This document shows positions 1-11,706 of a stretch of DNA of 64,000 nt, one piece after another. Position 1 is the stretch's first letter. The number at the start of each line of letters is the position of its first letter. The stretch comes from Callorhinchus milii (lineage: Eukaryota). The notes under the pieces are model-generated. The model saw only the letters and a list, made by a program, of their open reading frames with translations. It made no database searches and was not told the origin of the DNA. A program made the translations under genes and the position numbers. The stretch lies in the NCBI RefSeq assembly GCF_018977255.1, contig NW_024704742.1, positions 127,970,001 to 128,034,000 of the forward strand. The letters run 5' to 3'.

Positions 1-346
1 CCGTTTCCATTTCTAAATCAGAATCAATACCTGTTAAAAAAAATCTATTGAACAATTTTCCCTGTGATCATTGAACAAAGAGACAGACAGAACATCTGCA
101 CAGGAACCAATCTCCCTCAATATCCTTACACCCCCCCCCCCCCCCCACCCCCGCCTCTCGCTCTTTACTTTTTGTTTCCAATGTGCAGTACAATATGAAG
201 ATAAATACAAGACAGAAAGTGTTCTTACGCTTACGCACACAGCTGCCTTTGTGGGTGGGAAAGCAGTAAAGTCTCTAAAATAGTTGGAAAAAAGGGGGAA
301 AATAGCTGGGGCTGAGTTTCCATAGACAAACACATGTTTAACTGGA

Positions 347-781
347 GTGGGTGTGTGTGTGTGTGGGGGGGTGTGTGGGGGGGGGGGGTGGAGGGTGTGT
401 GTGGGGGTGTGTGTGTGTGTGGAGGGTGTGTGTGTGTGTGTGTGTGTGTGGGGTGTGTGTGTGGGGGTGTGTGTGTGGAGGGTGTGTGTATGTGGAGGGT
501 GTGTGTGGGGGTGTGGAGGGTGTGTGTGTGTGTGGAGGGTGTGTGTGTGTGTGGGGGGTGTGTGTGTGTGGGGGGGTGTGTGTGTGGAGGTGTGTGTGGG
601 GGTGTGTGTGGAGGGTGTGTGTGTGTGTGGAGGGTGTGTGGGGTGTGTGTGTGTGTGTGGAGGGTGTGTGTGTGGTGGGGGTGTGTGGAGGGTGTGTGTG
701 TGTGTGGAGGGTGTGTGGGGTGTGTGTGTGTGTGGGTGTGTGTGTGTGTGGAGGGTGTGTGGGTGTGTGTGTGTGTGTGTG

Positions 782-819
<38 letters not shown>

Positions 820-824
820 TGTGT
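347..824. repeat. Compound (GT)n/(GTGGAGG) microsatellite in the SETBP1 intron
   Basis: Directly visible; it explains the overlapping Cys-Val and His-Thr ORFs. Confidence 0.95.
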
Positions 825-1093
825 GAATCAGCAAAGCAATTCCAGGACAGACCGACAGACAGACAGAGGAGTGCTCCCTGTGAGCCCCTGAATATCCCTG
901 TGCTCTCCCCCACACCCCCTCCCCTCCCTCCCTCCCTCCCTCCGCAGTCAAAACAAGACAAGAGGGTATCAACCATCTTGTGACAACATGTTGTTCATCG
1001 TCTGACAAAACACAAACCAGAGGGGGAGGGCGGAGGGGAAACACAAAAGGAAGTCGGACACTTGGGACAGTGACTTTGCCATCACACCCCCCC

Positions 1094-1131
<38 letters not shown>

Positions 1132-1713
1132 CTTCTTCCTCTTCTCCTCCTCCTTCGCCCCCCTGTTGCCCCTCCCGGCTCTGGGGGTCCTGTGGTCCCC
1201 GGGCTGCCGGATGGTGATCTTGATCTCCGGAGGGCAGATGTAGTTCTCCAGGTTTTTGGGCGGCTTCTTGGGCCGTTTGGTGGTCTGGATCTTGAGCTTC
1301 AGGCTGCCGTCCGCGAAGTTCGCCTCCTTGATGGAGAACTCGTGCTCCTCGGGCCCGTCCCCCTGCACTGATTTGTCGCTGTCGGTGTTGGAGTTGGAGT
1401 CGTGGCCGCTGCTCCCGCCGGCGCTCTCCTCCTCCTCCTCCTCCTCCTCCTCCTGGTCCGGCCGCTCGCCCGACCCCATCCGACTCCCAGACCTCTCCAT
1501 CGGAGCCGCGGGAGAGACGGCCGCCTTGGCATTCCCTCCACCTCCTCCAACACCTCCTCCTCCAACACCTCCTCCTCCTCCTCCAGTACTACCTCCTCCA
1601 CCACCTCCTCCTCCTCCACCTCCACCACCTCCTCCTCCTCCTCCTCCTCCCGACCTGAAGTCCCCATCGACCGGCTTCTGCCTACAGCCCATCACCGCTT
1701 CCCTCTGCTCCAT
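1132..1713 (-). CDS. SETBP1: SET-binding protein 1, first coding exon (194 codons, [13 protein letters not shown]...EEEKRKK); the gene continues to the left of the window
   Basis: The translation contains [59 protein letters not shown], near-identical to the vertebrate SETBP1 N-terminus. ATG at 1713 in a GGGATGG context. Donor AAG|GTAAC after 1132 is phase 0, at the position where, from recall, the human first coding exon ends (..KKK). Confidence 0.95.
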
Positions 1714-2075
1714 CCCCAATCTGCACTCGGGTGGAGAGAGGGTGGGGAGAGAGGAGAGAGAGGAGAGAGAGAGAGGAGGGGAGGGGTGAGGGGGGGGGGG
1801 GGGGAGGAGGTGGGGAGGGAAGGAATGAGAGAGTGGGGGGGGGGAAGGAGGGAAGGAAAGAGAGAGAGAGAGGGAGGGAGGGAAAGGGGGGAGAGGGGGG
1901 TTTGGGGAGGGAGAGGGAGGGAGAGGGTCTCTTGGCTTTCTTTGGGGTGGGGGCCAAAGCTCTGCCACAGGCAGAATTCAGCACTTTGCTGTAATGTTGC
2001 GTGTCGTGTTTTTTTCTCAGTGTCCTCTGTCACGCCAAAGTAATCCGATCTCCCGAATAAAACACCAACTGCAAT
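1714..2075 (-). other. SETBP1: Probable 5'UTR part of the SETBP1 first coding exon (acceptor at 2076-2077; alternative AGs at 2069-2070 and 1721-1722)
   Basis: Minus strand reads (CT)n-CGTTGGTTTCCAG|ATTGCAG|TTGG at ~2075. A second pyrimidine tract ends in TGCAG|ATTGGGGATG just before the ATG. Confidence 0.45.
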
Positions 2076-2319
2076 CTGGAAACCAACGAGAGGAGAGAGA
2101 GAGAGAGAGAAATAAATATGTGTTAAAAATAAAGGGGGAGGGGGTGGAGGGGGGTTGGGGAGGGGGGGGGGGGGGGGACACACGTTGTTGCAAAGTCTGG
2201 AAGTCACATCACACTCACACACTCAGAGAAAGAGAGAGAGAGAGAAAATAAATCACCAAAAAAGACATGATATTAACTTGCAATCTCAACCTTTACCCAC
2301 TTCACCAAAACACACACAC

Positions 2320-2610
2320 GTGAGACAGGGCAGGGGGGGGGTGAGACGGGGAGGGGGGGTGAGACAGGGGGGGGGGGTGAAACAGGGGAGGGGGGTGAGA
2401 CAGGGGAGGGGGTGTGAGACAGGGGACGGGGGGGGTGAGACAGGGGGGGGGGGGGGGGGGGGGGGGGGGAGACGGGGAGGGGGGGTGAGACAGGGGGGGG
2501 GGGTGAGACAGGGGGGGGTGAGACAGGAGGGGGGGGACAGGGGGGGGGGGGGGGGGAGTGGGGGGGGTGAGAGGGGAGAGGGGGGGGTGAGACAGGGGGG
2601 GGGGGGGGGT
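2320..2610 (+). repeat. G-rich minisatellite, unit Gn-TGAGAC(A/G)-Gn
   Basis: More than 10 copies of GTGAGAC separated by G runs. Confidence 0.9.
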
Positions 2611-2703
2611 TTTCTTTGACTGAAGAAGGGGGAACCAGATCTGGGCAATTTGGTGCTGTGAAAGCAACATCCACCCCAACCCTCCCTCCCTTCTTCCCCC
2701 CAA

Positions 2704-2738
<35 letters not shown>

Positions 2739-2782
2739 TAAACTACAACGAGACACACGTTAAGTGTGTGTGTGAGTCTGTG

Positions 2783-3378
2783 CTGCTCTCTGCTCTGAGA
2801 GAGGGGCTCTCTGCTCTGATCTGCTCTGAGAGAGGGGCTCTCTGCTCTGCTCTGCTCTCTGAGAGAGGGGCTCTCTGCTCTGAGAGAGGGGCTCTCTGCT
2901 CTGCTCTGAGAGAGGGGCTCTCTGCTCTGCTCTGAGAGAGGGGCTCTCTGCTCTGAGAGAGGGGCTCTCTGCTCTGCTCTGAGAGAGGGGCTCTCTGCTC
3001 TGCTCTGAGAGAGGGGCTCTCTGCTCTGCTCTGAGAGAGGGGCTCTCTGCTCTGAGAGAGGGGCTCTCTGCTCTGAGAGAGGGGCTCTCTGCTCTGCTCT
3101 GAGAGAGGGGCTCTCTGCTCTGCTCTGAGAGAGGGGCTCTCTGCTCTCCTCTGCTCCCTGAGAGAGGGGCTCTCTGCTCTGCTCTGAGAGAGGGGCTCTC
3201 TGCTCTGCTCTGCTCTGAGAGAGGGGCTCTCTGCTCTGAGAGAGGGGCTCTCTGCTCTGAGAGAGGGGCTNNNNNNNNNNNNNNNNNNNNNNNNNTCTCC
3301 TCTGCTCCCTGAGAGAGGGGCTCTCTGCTCTGCTCTGAGAGAGGGGCTCTCTGCTCTGCTCTGAGAGAGGGGCTCTCT
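2783..3378. repeat. Minisatellite GGGGCTCT(CTGCT)nCTGAGAGA containing an assembly gap (25 N at 3271-3295)
   Basis: Directly visible tandem units with a variable number of CTGCT pentamers. Confidence 0.95.
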
Positions 3379-3794
3379 GATGGATCACTGGAGGTCCATT
3401 TCTAGTTGCAATAATAAAAGTAAATGGTGCGATCGAGGCAGAGAGGAGAGTGGACTCGTTTGACAGCAGCCTGTAATGTAACGTGGCTCTTTGACTTGGA
3501 TTGGGGGTTAGTTGAGAGAGGGAGAGCCCTGGTGGGGATGGGAGAGGGAGAGGGGAATGTTTGTTGGCGCTTCACCTCTTCTTCCCCCTTCTCTCTCTCT
3601 CTCTCTCTCCCCTACTCTCCCCCTCTCTACTCTCTCTCTCTCTCTCTCTTCTCCTTCGTGCATGGGTGTAAAATTAACAGGATCTGTCGTGCAGATAAAG
3701 TGTGCGATGTGTGTGTGTGTGTGTGTAAAAAAAAATTGCGCCCTTTATTTTAAGAGGAGTGTCGGTGAATTCACTGGTTGTTGGAAGGGACTGG

Positions 3795-4012
3795 TGGAGA
3801 GAGAGAGAGAGGGAGAGAGAGGGGGGAAGGAGGGAGAGAGAGAGAGAGTGAGGAGAGGGGGAAAGAGTGAGGGAGAGAGAGAGAGTGAGGGAGAGGGGGA
3901 AGGAGGGAGAGAGAGTGAGGGAGAGGGGGAAGGAGGGAGTGAGGGAGAGAGAGAGAGTGAGGGAGAGGGAGGGAGAGAGAAGGAAGGAGGGAGGGAGAGA
4001 GAGGGGAGGGAA
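3795..4012. repeat. GA-rich polypurine tract with a ~30-bp repeated unit
   Basis: GAGGGAGAGGGGGAAGGAGGGAG repeated. Confidence 0.85.
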
Positions 4013-4443
4013 AGTGGTGGAATATTTTGGGGAGTCGTCTCATACCAGTGGGGGGTCTGTGGCTTATACACCAGAATAACTTTAGTAGTATGTACAACAC
4101 TTGTCTTTTCGATGCATTTGTTTCTATGCTTTTTTTTTGTGTGGACCCCCTCACACCCCCTCCCACCCCACACCCCTCCCCCACCCCACCCCCCCCCTCC
4201 CCACACCCCCTCCCCCACACCCCTCCCCACACCCCCTCCCCACACCCCTCCCCACACCCCCTCCCCACACCCCCTCCACAAACAAACAAACAAACAAACA
4301 AACCCCCAAAAGTGTTTTGTAATGTTTGCATATGGATTTTTTTTTGGGGGGGGGAGGGGAGGGGATGGATCCCTTGTGTGGGGGTCGGATCGCATCAGGT
4401 GGAAGTGCCCCCACGTTGGGGTGTGTGTGTGTGTGTGTGTGTA

Positions 4444-4568
4444 CCCCCGTCTCACCCCCCTCCCCTGTCTCACCCCCCCCTCCCCTGTCTCACCCCCCCC
4501 TGTCTCACCCCCCCCTGTCTCACCCCCCCCCCCCCCGTCTCACCCCCCCCTCCCTTGTCTCACCCACC
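4444..4568 (-). repeat. Inverted copy of the Gn-TGAGACA minisatellite (Cn-TGTCTCA-Cn)
   Basis: Reverse complement of the 2320-2610 unit. Confidence 0.9.
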
Positions 4569-4975
4569 TTCCAAATCATCTCCCTGACACTGAGAACAAT
4601 AACTAGACACATACCCCCCCCCCCCCCCCCACATTATATCACAACTGGTGGATTGTTTTTAATTGCAATCACAATTCAACTTCTTCCCCCCCCACCCCCA
4701 CCCCACCCCACCCCATGATGGACTCATTATGTTATCTTTACACTGAACTCTCCAACTAATAACAGTTGCTCTGTGGTTGTTGCAATTAATATGAACTTAA
4801 CCTTATCTGTTGTTGTTCCTCTTTAGAAACATTATTGTGTGGCTCTCTCCCCCCCCCCCACCCCACCCCTCCCTCATCCTCTCCTGTTCCCACCAACTGC
4901 TATCACTTTGCAGTAAGTGTGTGCCTGCTCCCCTCCCAGCCTCTTATTCCTCTCACTCACAGTCCATCTGGTGGA

Positions 4976-5122
4976 TAATAATAATAATCTTTGTATTTGA
5001 TACTTTATCACGTCTTCGAGCCATCTCAAAGCGCTTCACAGAATATACTGTAACATGAATTGACTGTATCATTTTTGAGGGCGAAACGCGGCAGCCAATT
5101 ACGCACAGCAGTGTCCCACAAC
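4976..5122 (-). mobile_element. 5'-truncated SINE (3' half with (ATT)n tail)
   Basis: Matches the 3' half of the full copies, e.g. 32753-33057. Confidence 0.8.
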
Positions 5123-5669
5123 GTGATAAGGCACTATATCAAATGCAAGGATGATTGTTATTATATTTTACAGAATCAAGGGCTAAATACTGAGGCTGCA
5201 TTTGGGAGCAATGGCGAAGGTTTTCTTTCGGAGACGGGGAGCTATAAACAATGCACGTTGTTATATTGCTGACCCTGTGTTATAGTGAGGGGCTGTAATT
5301 CACTGAGCTGGTCAGGTTGGTGACACTATGAATTAATGATGTAATAAAATAATATTTACATTTGATACAGCACTTTACATGGTGTCTCAAAGTGCTTCAT
5401 GGGATTTACTTTAAAGTGTAGTGACTGTGCATTTGTGGGTGAACACCACAGCCAATTTCCGTACAGCAATGACCTACACAGAACTATGAAGTGAATGATT
5501 GATTGTTAACCAGTACACTGGGAAAAACTCTTTTTCGAATAGTGCCTTGTGATCATTAATGCCTTTAGTGTACAGCGCTCCGAGACACTACACTAAGTTA
5601 AGGGCACTATATAAATGCAAGTTGTTATTGTTCGTGTTCAAATCCATTCACTTTGGGTTCAAATCCATT

Positions 5670-6015
5670 CATTCCCTGGCATCTCCCTACCTCTCCGACC
5701 TCCTCACTCCCCAATCCACCACCCAGCTCCTCCGCTGACTGGCACCAGCTTCCTGCTCGTCCCTCGCATCCTCCGCCCTGCCATCGGAAGTTGCGATGTC
5801 AGCCACTGCGACCCAAAACTCTTGAACACTCTCCCTCAATCCTCCACTTTGCCCTCTCTGCCCTCTTTCAAGTCTTGCCTGAAAACTTTCCTCTTCAACC
5901 GTGTTTACGGCCACCTTCCCCGCTCCCCCAACTCGGAATCAGGCTCCACCACTGATAAGCGCTCTGGGACGCTACCCTGCGTGGAGGGCGCTATATAAGT
6001 GCAAGTTGTTGTGTT
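5670..6015 (+). mobile_element. L2 LINE 3' fragment
   Basis: Encodes LPSFKSCLKTFLF (L2 ORF2 C-terminus), followed by the stem-loop and a (TTG)n tail. Confidence 0.85.
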
Positions 6016-6157
6016 GTAATGTCCACAGCAACAGGCAGACAGTACTTTGACTTTTACAGTTGTAACTTTGAATTTTACAATTGAACTCATCTGAAGGACG
6101 GCCATGGCTGTTTGCAGAACATTGCTGGGCGCAAATTGTCTGTGTCATTCACCCATT

Positions 6158-6530
6158 GGAGTCCTGAAGCTCAGTGATTAGAGCACTTGCCACACAAGCG
6201 AGAGACCTGGGTTCGATTACCCACAGGGCGAATTGTCGGGCACATTTCCTTACTCCACACCTCTGTTTACATAGCAGTAAGTAGAAACCCAGTTGTTAGT
6301 CATATTGGCAAATCGCTTTTCCGGGGGTTATAATTCTTTCAAAAATTAATAATAAAAAATAAATCACTTCAATCCACGATTGTTTGTGGGACACTGTTGT
6401 GCGCAATTGGCTGCTGCGTTTTGCCCACAAAATATACAGTTAATATACTTTACAGTATATTCTGTGAAGCGCTTTGAGACTTCTCGAAGATGTGATGAGT
6501 CACTATATTAAATGCAAGGATTATTATTAT
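6158..6530 (+). mobile_element. tRNA-derived SINE, long subfamily
   Basis: A-box AGCTCAGTGATTAGAGC, B-box GGTTCGATT, insert CTCTGTTTACATAGCAGTAAGTAG, Deu-type 3' half, (ATT)n tail. Confidence 0.9.
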
Positions 6531-7209
6531 AAATACACAGTCACTACACTTTACAGTAAATCTCATGAAGTGCTTTGAGATGCCTTGATGACATAAGATG
6601 CTGTATCAATGTAAATATTATTATTATATCATTAATCATTTAGTGTCACCAAACTAACCCGTCTAATACAGTACCTCCCCAGAACTGCATTGGTTCCACG
6701 GATGTTCAGGTGACTCAGGTTAGAAGCCCAATCATTTTGCACCCAATTTCCTCCTAAATAGCATATCAGAGACAATTCATTTAAAGTCCATATCATACTC
6801 GATCCCTTGTATACCATTTGACAAGGCCTCACTCTGGTCCAGTGGTCCAGTGGAACCTGGGTACTGGGTACCACAACACTGGGAAGCTACCCTGGGTGAT
6901 GGGTGCTACATAAATGCAAGTTGTTGTTGTTGTGGTGGTGATGGTGGTGACCCAAGGACCTGGCCATAATTCAAAGCTTTTCTGGGGCACTCAGGCTTCA
7001 GCTACCAACTCTCAATCAGAAATCTTCAATTCCTGTCTGATTCTCCTCCTGTTCTTGCAGATGAGGTTTGATGCTTCCTCACGGGGAAGGTGTAAAGTAT
7101 TTTAAAAAGAGGGGAATGATCCAGATTACTCTCTCCACGTTAATTTACATTTACCAGCGCCAATAAATGTTATGTTTTGTAAAGGTTTTCTGTAACTTTT
7201 TCTCTAATG

Positions 7210-7600
7210 GACGTTCCGTTGGTAGCGCCTCTGAGTTCTGAATCAGAAGGTTGGGACGTCCTCCTGACGTGAAAGGCGCTCTATAAATGAAATCTTGTTG
7301 TTGTTGTTGTGGGTTCAAACCCCACACCAAGACTTTGAACTCACAGTCTATGACACTTCTATACAGTGCTCGTAGAATGCTGTGTGGTGGGAGGTGTCAT
7401 CCTTTAGATGATATGTTAAATGAAAGCTCTGTCTGTCTGATCAGGTGGATGTTAAAGATCCCATGGCACAATTCAAAAGAAGAACTGAATTTCTCCTGGT
7501 GTCATCGACCAAAAATCCATCGGATAAAATTTGTGATTCTCCTTAAGGTTGTGTGTAGGACCATGCTGTGCACAAATTGGCTGCCATGTTTGTCTACAAG
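7210..7600 (+). mobile_element. Old DeuSINE (SacSINE1/AmnSINE1-like) with a ~58-bp L2 tail inserted at 7251-7309
   Basis: Deu-domain motif GGAGGTGTCATCCTTTAGATG...CAGGTGGATGTTAAAGATCCCATGGCAC. Confidence 0.8.
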
Positions 7601-8401
7601 TAATAATAATAAATAATAATCCTTGCATTTGATATAGTGCCTTATCACACAGTTGAGACGTTTCAACGGGGCTTCACAGGATATACTGTAAAGTGCATAA
7701 AGACTGTATATTTTGTGGACGAAACATGGCAGCCGTGGATGGAGTGACAAAAGTATTATTATTATTAGAGTCTCATTCAATCAAATATTCAATCATTGCT
7801 GTATACTAAAGTTATGTAATGCACTATAAGACGTTTAAGTGACAAAATAATGTGTTACAGAGAATGTAAGGATTATTATTAATATGTACACGCTGCTTTT
7901 ATAATCAAAGTGAGGTCTCACATAATCTAGACTGTGACCTCTTTTTGGTGTCACCTGCTCTTTTGCATCCTCATTCAATCCTGAGTTATGCGATAAATAA
8001 ATAATGCGAATTTCCTAAATAAACAAGTAATTGCCAACCCTATAAAAGAACTTCCAGGCTTCAACCTACTCTGGAAACAATCATCCACATTGAACCGTTT
8101 CAGAACATTGGGTGGCAGCTGTGGTCATTTCTTACAGCTCTGTGAAGCTGAAAGACAGAGCACATCGTGACTGCAACACCAGTCTCAAACTAGGCACCAC
8201 ATTGTAAAACAGTGCTCACTTCAATCGTTAGCTTCCGGTATCTCAGACTTACACCAAGCCACTTCCGAAGCTACCCACTGTCTCACCAATCTGGCCTTGG
8301 CTATTTGAACATTGCTAATCATTTCTCTTGCCCTACGAAAGAGAGCAGCAAATATTCATTTGGCAACACAGGTAGCAACAATTTCAACACAGATACACTT
8401 C

Positions 8402-8582
8402 CATAGAATGCCACAGCACAGAAACAGGCCATTTGGTCCAACTAGTCTGTGCCAGTGTTCACACTCCACTTGAGCCTCCAACCCTCACAATACCCTCTCC
8501 AATGCCCCTCTATTCTCTTCTACCTCATGTATGCATCAAGTTTCCTCTTAAAAAAGCTGATTTGTTCTGCTTCAACCACAGT
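8402..8582 (-). mobile_element. CR1 LINE 3' end
   Basis: Reverse complement reads ...AAATGGCCTGTTTCTGTGCTGTGGCATTCTATG, the same tail as 40575-40965. Confidence 0.7.
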
Positions 8583-9799
8583 GTCTGGCTATTTAAATAA
8601 CCCAGCGAGGACTTACAACAAATGTTTTGTAGTAATCAAGAATACAAACAAAATGAAAACAAACAATTTTGTGAGTAATCTTACAAAGTTTTCTAAACAG
8701 ATTTGGAGAATTGAAAGTTCTTGAAGTTGGTGCAGATTCTGAAAAGCATTCAACCTCGAAAATCCTTTATCCACTGGCTACCAAAAAGCTTCCTTTTAAA
8801 GAAAAGATGTTTTCTATCAGTGTCTCCTTTGGATATTCTTCAATGTCTCAAAGAATGTTTTTATGTGGGCAGCCATATGCAGAAACACATCACCTTGCTT
8901 CAGAGTATCTAAACCAGACTGAGAGCTCCACATGTGTGACCTGAAGGGTACTATACAAATGTAACTTGTTGTTGTGTATGCAACCCACACATTGACATGT
9001 ACCTGTGTCTGGAATAGAATGCTCACTCTCTCCCTGGAGAGTAGCACCTGTTTACCTAATTCTGGAAAGTGTCAGGTTCAGATCAGTGACGGCCAAAGCT
9101 TTGGGAAACCCAAAGTGTGCATTGGGGGCAAGGCTGGATTTTGAGCAATTACAACCTCATAGCCTGCCAATGAGAGCATAGTTTGGCAAACATCCTGTTG
9201 CTTGTTCAGCAAATACCACAATCCCTAAGAGGACTTTGTTTGCTGGCCTAACAGTAGTCAAGTGAGAATAATCCCTGTCCCCAGAGGCTGGTCTGCCCAT
9301 CAGGTGCTGCTGATGAGCCAGGCTCAGCATCTGGACTACCAAGACTGCTATAGAGAATCAACTAGCTCCAACATTCCCTTGCCAAGCATGTCACTTTGGA
9401 GCCAGTTCAGCCCAAGGAGTACCCACTTGCCTTCCCCCCAAGGAGGATAGTCAATCGTTGACTATCCAGCAAGCACAGGTTTGAGCCCTCACTAGATAGA
9501 AGGTACAAGGAATTCCCTTTACGCTTCCTGGTGAACAACACATCTCAGTATGAAATGTGTGAGAGCATTACAACGTTGGACACAGCCTACAGTTTGGACA
9601 CACATCCATAATCTTTAGTCAAACATTCCACTAATTGTACGTGCAGAGCTTCAGCAGCAGCTTCTTAACTCTGCATAACAACAAAGGTGGATGCCATGCA
9701 CCGGATACATGAGTGTTCACAAATCCTAACTCCAGGAAACACCTTCCAGCAGCTGTAGTCCCAAACCTCAGTGTTTCCTCATCGGCACTTTGACAACCA

Positions 9800-10400
9800 C
9801 AAGCATTATATCGCAGCTTTCAGGAGGGAGAACATCCCAAGGCATTGGACATTCGAGGGGTTGTACCCAAACTGGGGGTTGAAGTTGGGAGGGGTGGGGG
9901 CCAAGGGGTTTGGGGGTGGGAAGATGATCAAAGATATGGTCAAAGAAGAAAGTCTTGAGACAGACATTGAAGGAGACAAGGGCCAGGCGAAGGGTCTCCA
10001 GGATGGAGTTTTAGAGAGTGGAAACAGAAAGGCTGAATGCCTGAATGCTGATCGTGGAGTGGGCAGGGCAGGGGATGTGAAGCAGGCCAGGCTTGTTAAG
10101 AGGAGGAAGCATGGGGCAGGACTGTGGAGAGATTTAAAAATGTGGACGAGGATCTTGAACTTGATGCTCTGGGGGATGGGAGCCAGGCAAGGATGGGGGT
10201 AATAGGCTCATGGAGCTTGGAGCAGGAGAGGACATGAGCTACAGAGCACTGAATAGTTTACAGCCTATGGAGGGAAAAGGTGCAAAGTCTGGTGAGAGTT
10301 GGCATAATCAAGTCTGGGTAAAAGTATGGATAAGGGTCTTGGTTGCCCAAGGGTACTGGGTTGTGTGACAAACAAGCAATGTCATGGAGTTGGGAGAAAG
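9800..10400 (-). mobile_element. Degraded L2 LINE 3' fragment
   Basis: Similar to 35347-35900 (GGATGGAGTT.., AGGATCTTGAACTT). Confidence 0.7.
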
Positions 10401-10507
10401 CTGAATGCCAACCAAGTTGATGTTATAGAAGTCTGAGTCCAATGGCTCACATCAGGAGAACTCAACACCAACTTCCCAGATGCAAACCTAGAATACAATG
10501 AGATACA

Positions 10508-10887
10508 TGATAATCCTTGCATTTGATAAAAGTGCCTTATCACGTCTTCGAGACGTCTCAAAGCGCTTCACAGAATATGCTGTAAAGTGATTTGACTGTG
10601 TAATCTGTGGGCAAAACACGGCAACCATTGCACAAAGCAATGTCCCACAAACAGTCGTGGATTGAGTGACCAAATTATTATTATTTTTTGTTTATTGTTT
10701 TTGAAGGCATTATTTCCCCCAAGAAAGCAATCCCCAATCGACTAACAACCGGGTTCCTACTTACTGCTAGGTGAACAGAGGTGTGTGGAGTAAGGAAACT
10801 TGCCCAACAATTCGCCCTGCCTAGGAATTGAACCCAGGTCATCTTGCTTGCGAGGGGAGGGCTCTAACCCCTAAGCTACAGGACTCC
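10508..10887 (-). mobile_element. tRNA-derived SINE, long subfamily
   Basis: Full-length reverse complement of the 6158-6530 type. Confidence 0.9.
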
Positions 10888-11324
10888 ACGATGTACCACA
10901 AAGAGATGCACAATACAATTTCATCTTAGATTCCAAGGCAATTTTGTCTTAAAATTTAAGATTGGGCAGAATTTTGGAAAATTCTCAAATTATTTCTCAA
11001 TTTGGAGGCTTGAATTATAAATAGCTTCCAAAATAAGATTAAATTGAAGAAATCTCCACACGTCTGCATGATTTTAATTTTCAGGATAAATATAGGCTAA
11101 GAGGAGGTGCAATTTCAGGATTAAATCTTTAAAACTTGTCTTAAAATTTAAGACTGGGCAGAAGAACAATTTTTCAGTCAAATCTTGATCAAGTTTTAAG
11201 AGATTGTTCACCGCTATTGGCTGATGTGGAAACAAGTTAAAACTCTTGACCTGTAATATATTAATTAACATGGGTAATAACCAAAGCATTGTTGAAAATG
11301 ACACCAGTCAATAACTGAAAATAT

Positions 11325-11706
11325 TGTAGCGGGAACTAGACCCCAAAGCAGGATGGCTTCAAGGGTGGAGCCTATGCCTTCTTAAGGAGGTGACTTTGCC
11401 TCCAACTCTTTCTTGGTGCTGGGGCTGGGCTGAGAAGGATAGAGACTCTAGCCTGGCCCTGGGCCAGGGAGCATGGCCTAGGCCACATGGCTGGCCATGT
11501 TGGTTAATGGTTAGAGCAGGTAGGGGATTGCAAGTGTGCAAGTCTGTACTAGGGGTGGCAGGCAGAAACCCCAAGCTCAGGTGCCTTCACCCCTCTGGGC
11601 TTGGTATGTTGGTATTCCAGGTTCACCCCCTCTCCCCTCCGGAAACTTAAACCTGTGTGATGGTGAGAGTCTCTGTGTGTGTGTCTGTATCTGTATCCAT
11701 GCTACA
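11325..11706 (+). mobile_element. Solo LTR (Gypsy-like), 382 bp, ATAT TSD
   Basis: ATAT|TGTAGC...GCTACA|ATAT; homologous to 13052-13547. Confidence 0.75.

Noticed and set aside
34..1968. 644-aa ORF as a complete protein
   Set aside because: Only 1132-1713 is SETBP1-like. The rest is read-through of stop-free (CA)n intron and pyrimidine tract.
2783..3378. CRISPR-like array
   Set aside because: There are no unique spacers and no cas genes, and the context is eukaryotic. It is a minisatellite.
334..4718. Many Cys/Val-, His/Thr-, Pro- and Gly-rich ORFs, including the 371-aa ORF at 2273-3388
   Set aside because: They are translations of micro/minisatellites; one spans an N gap.
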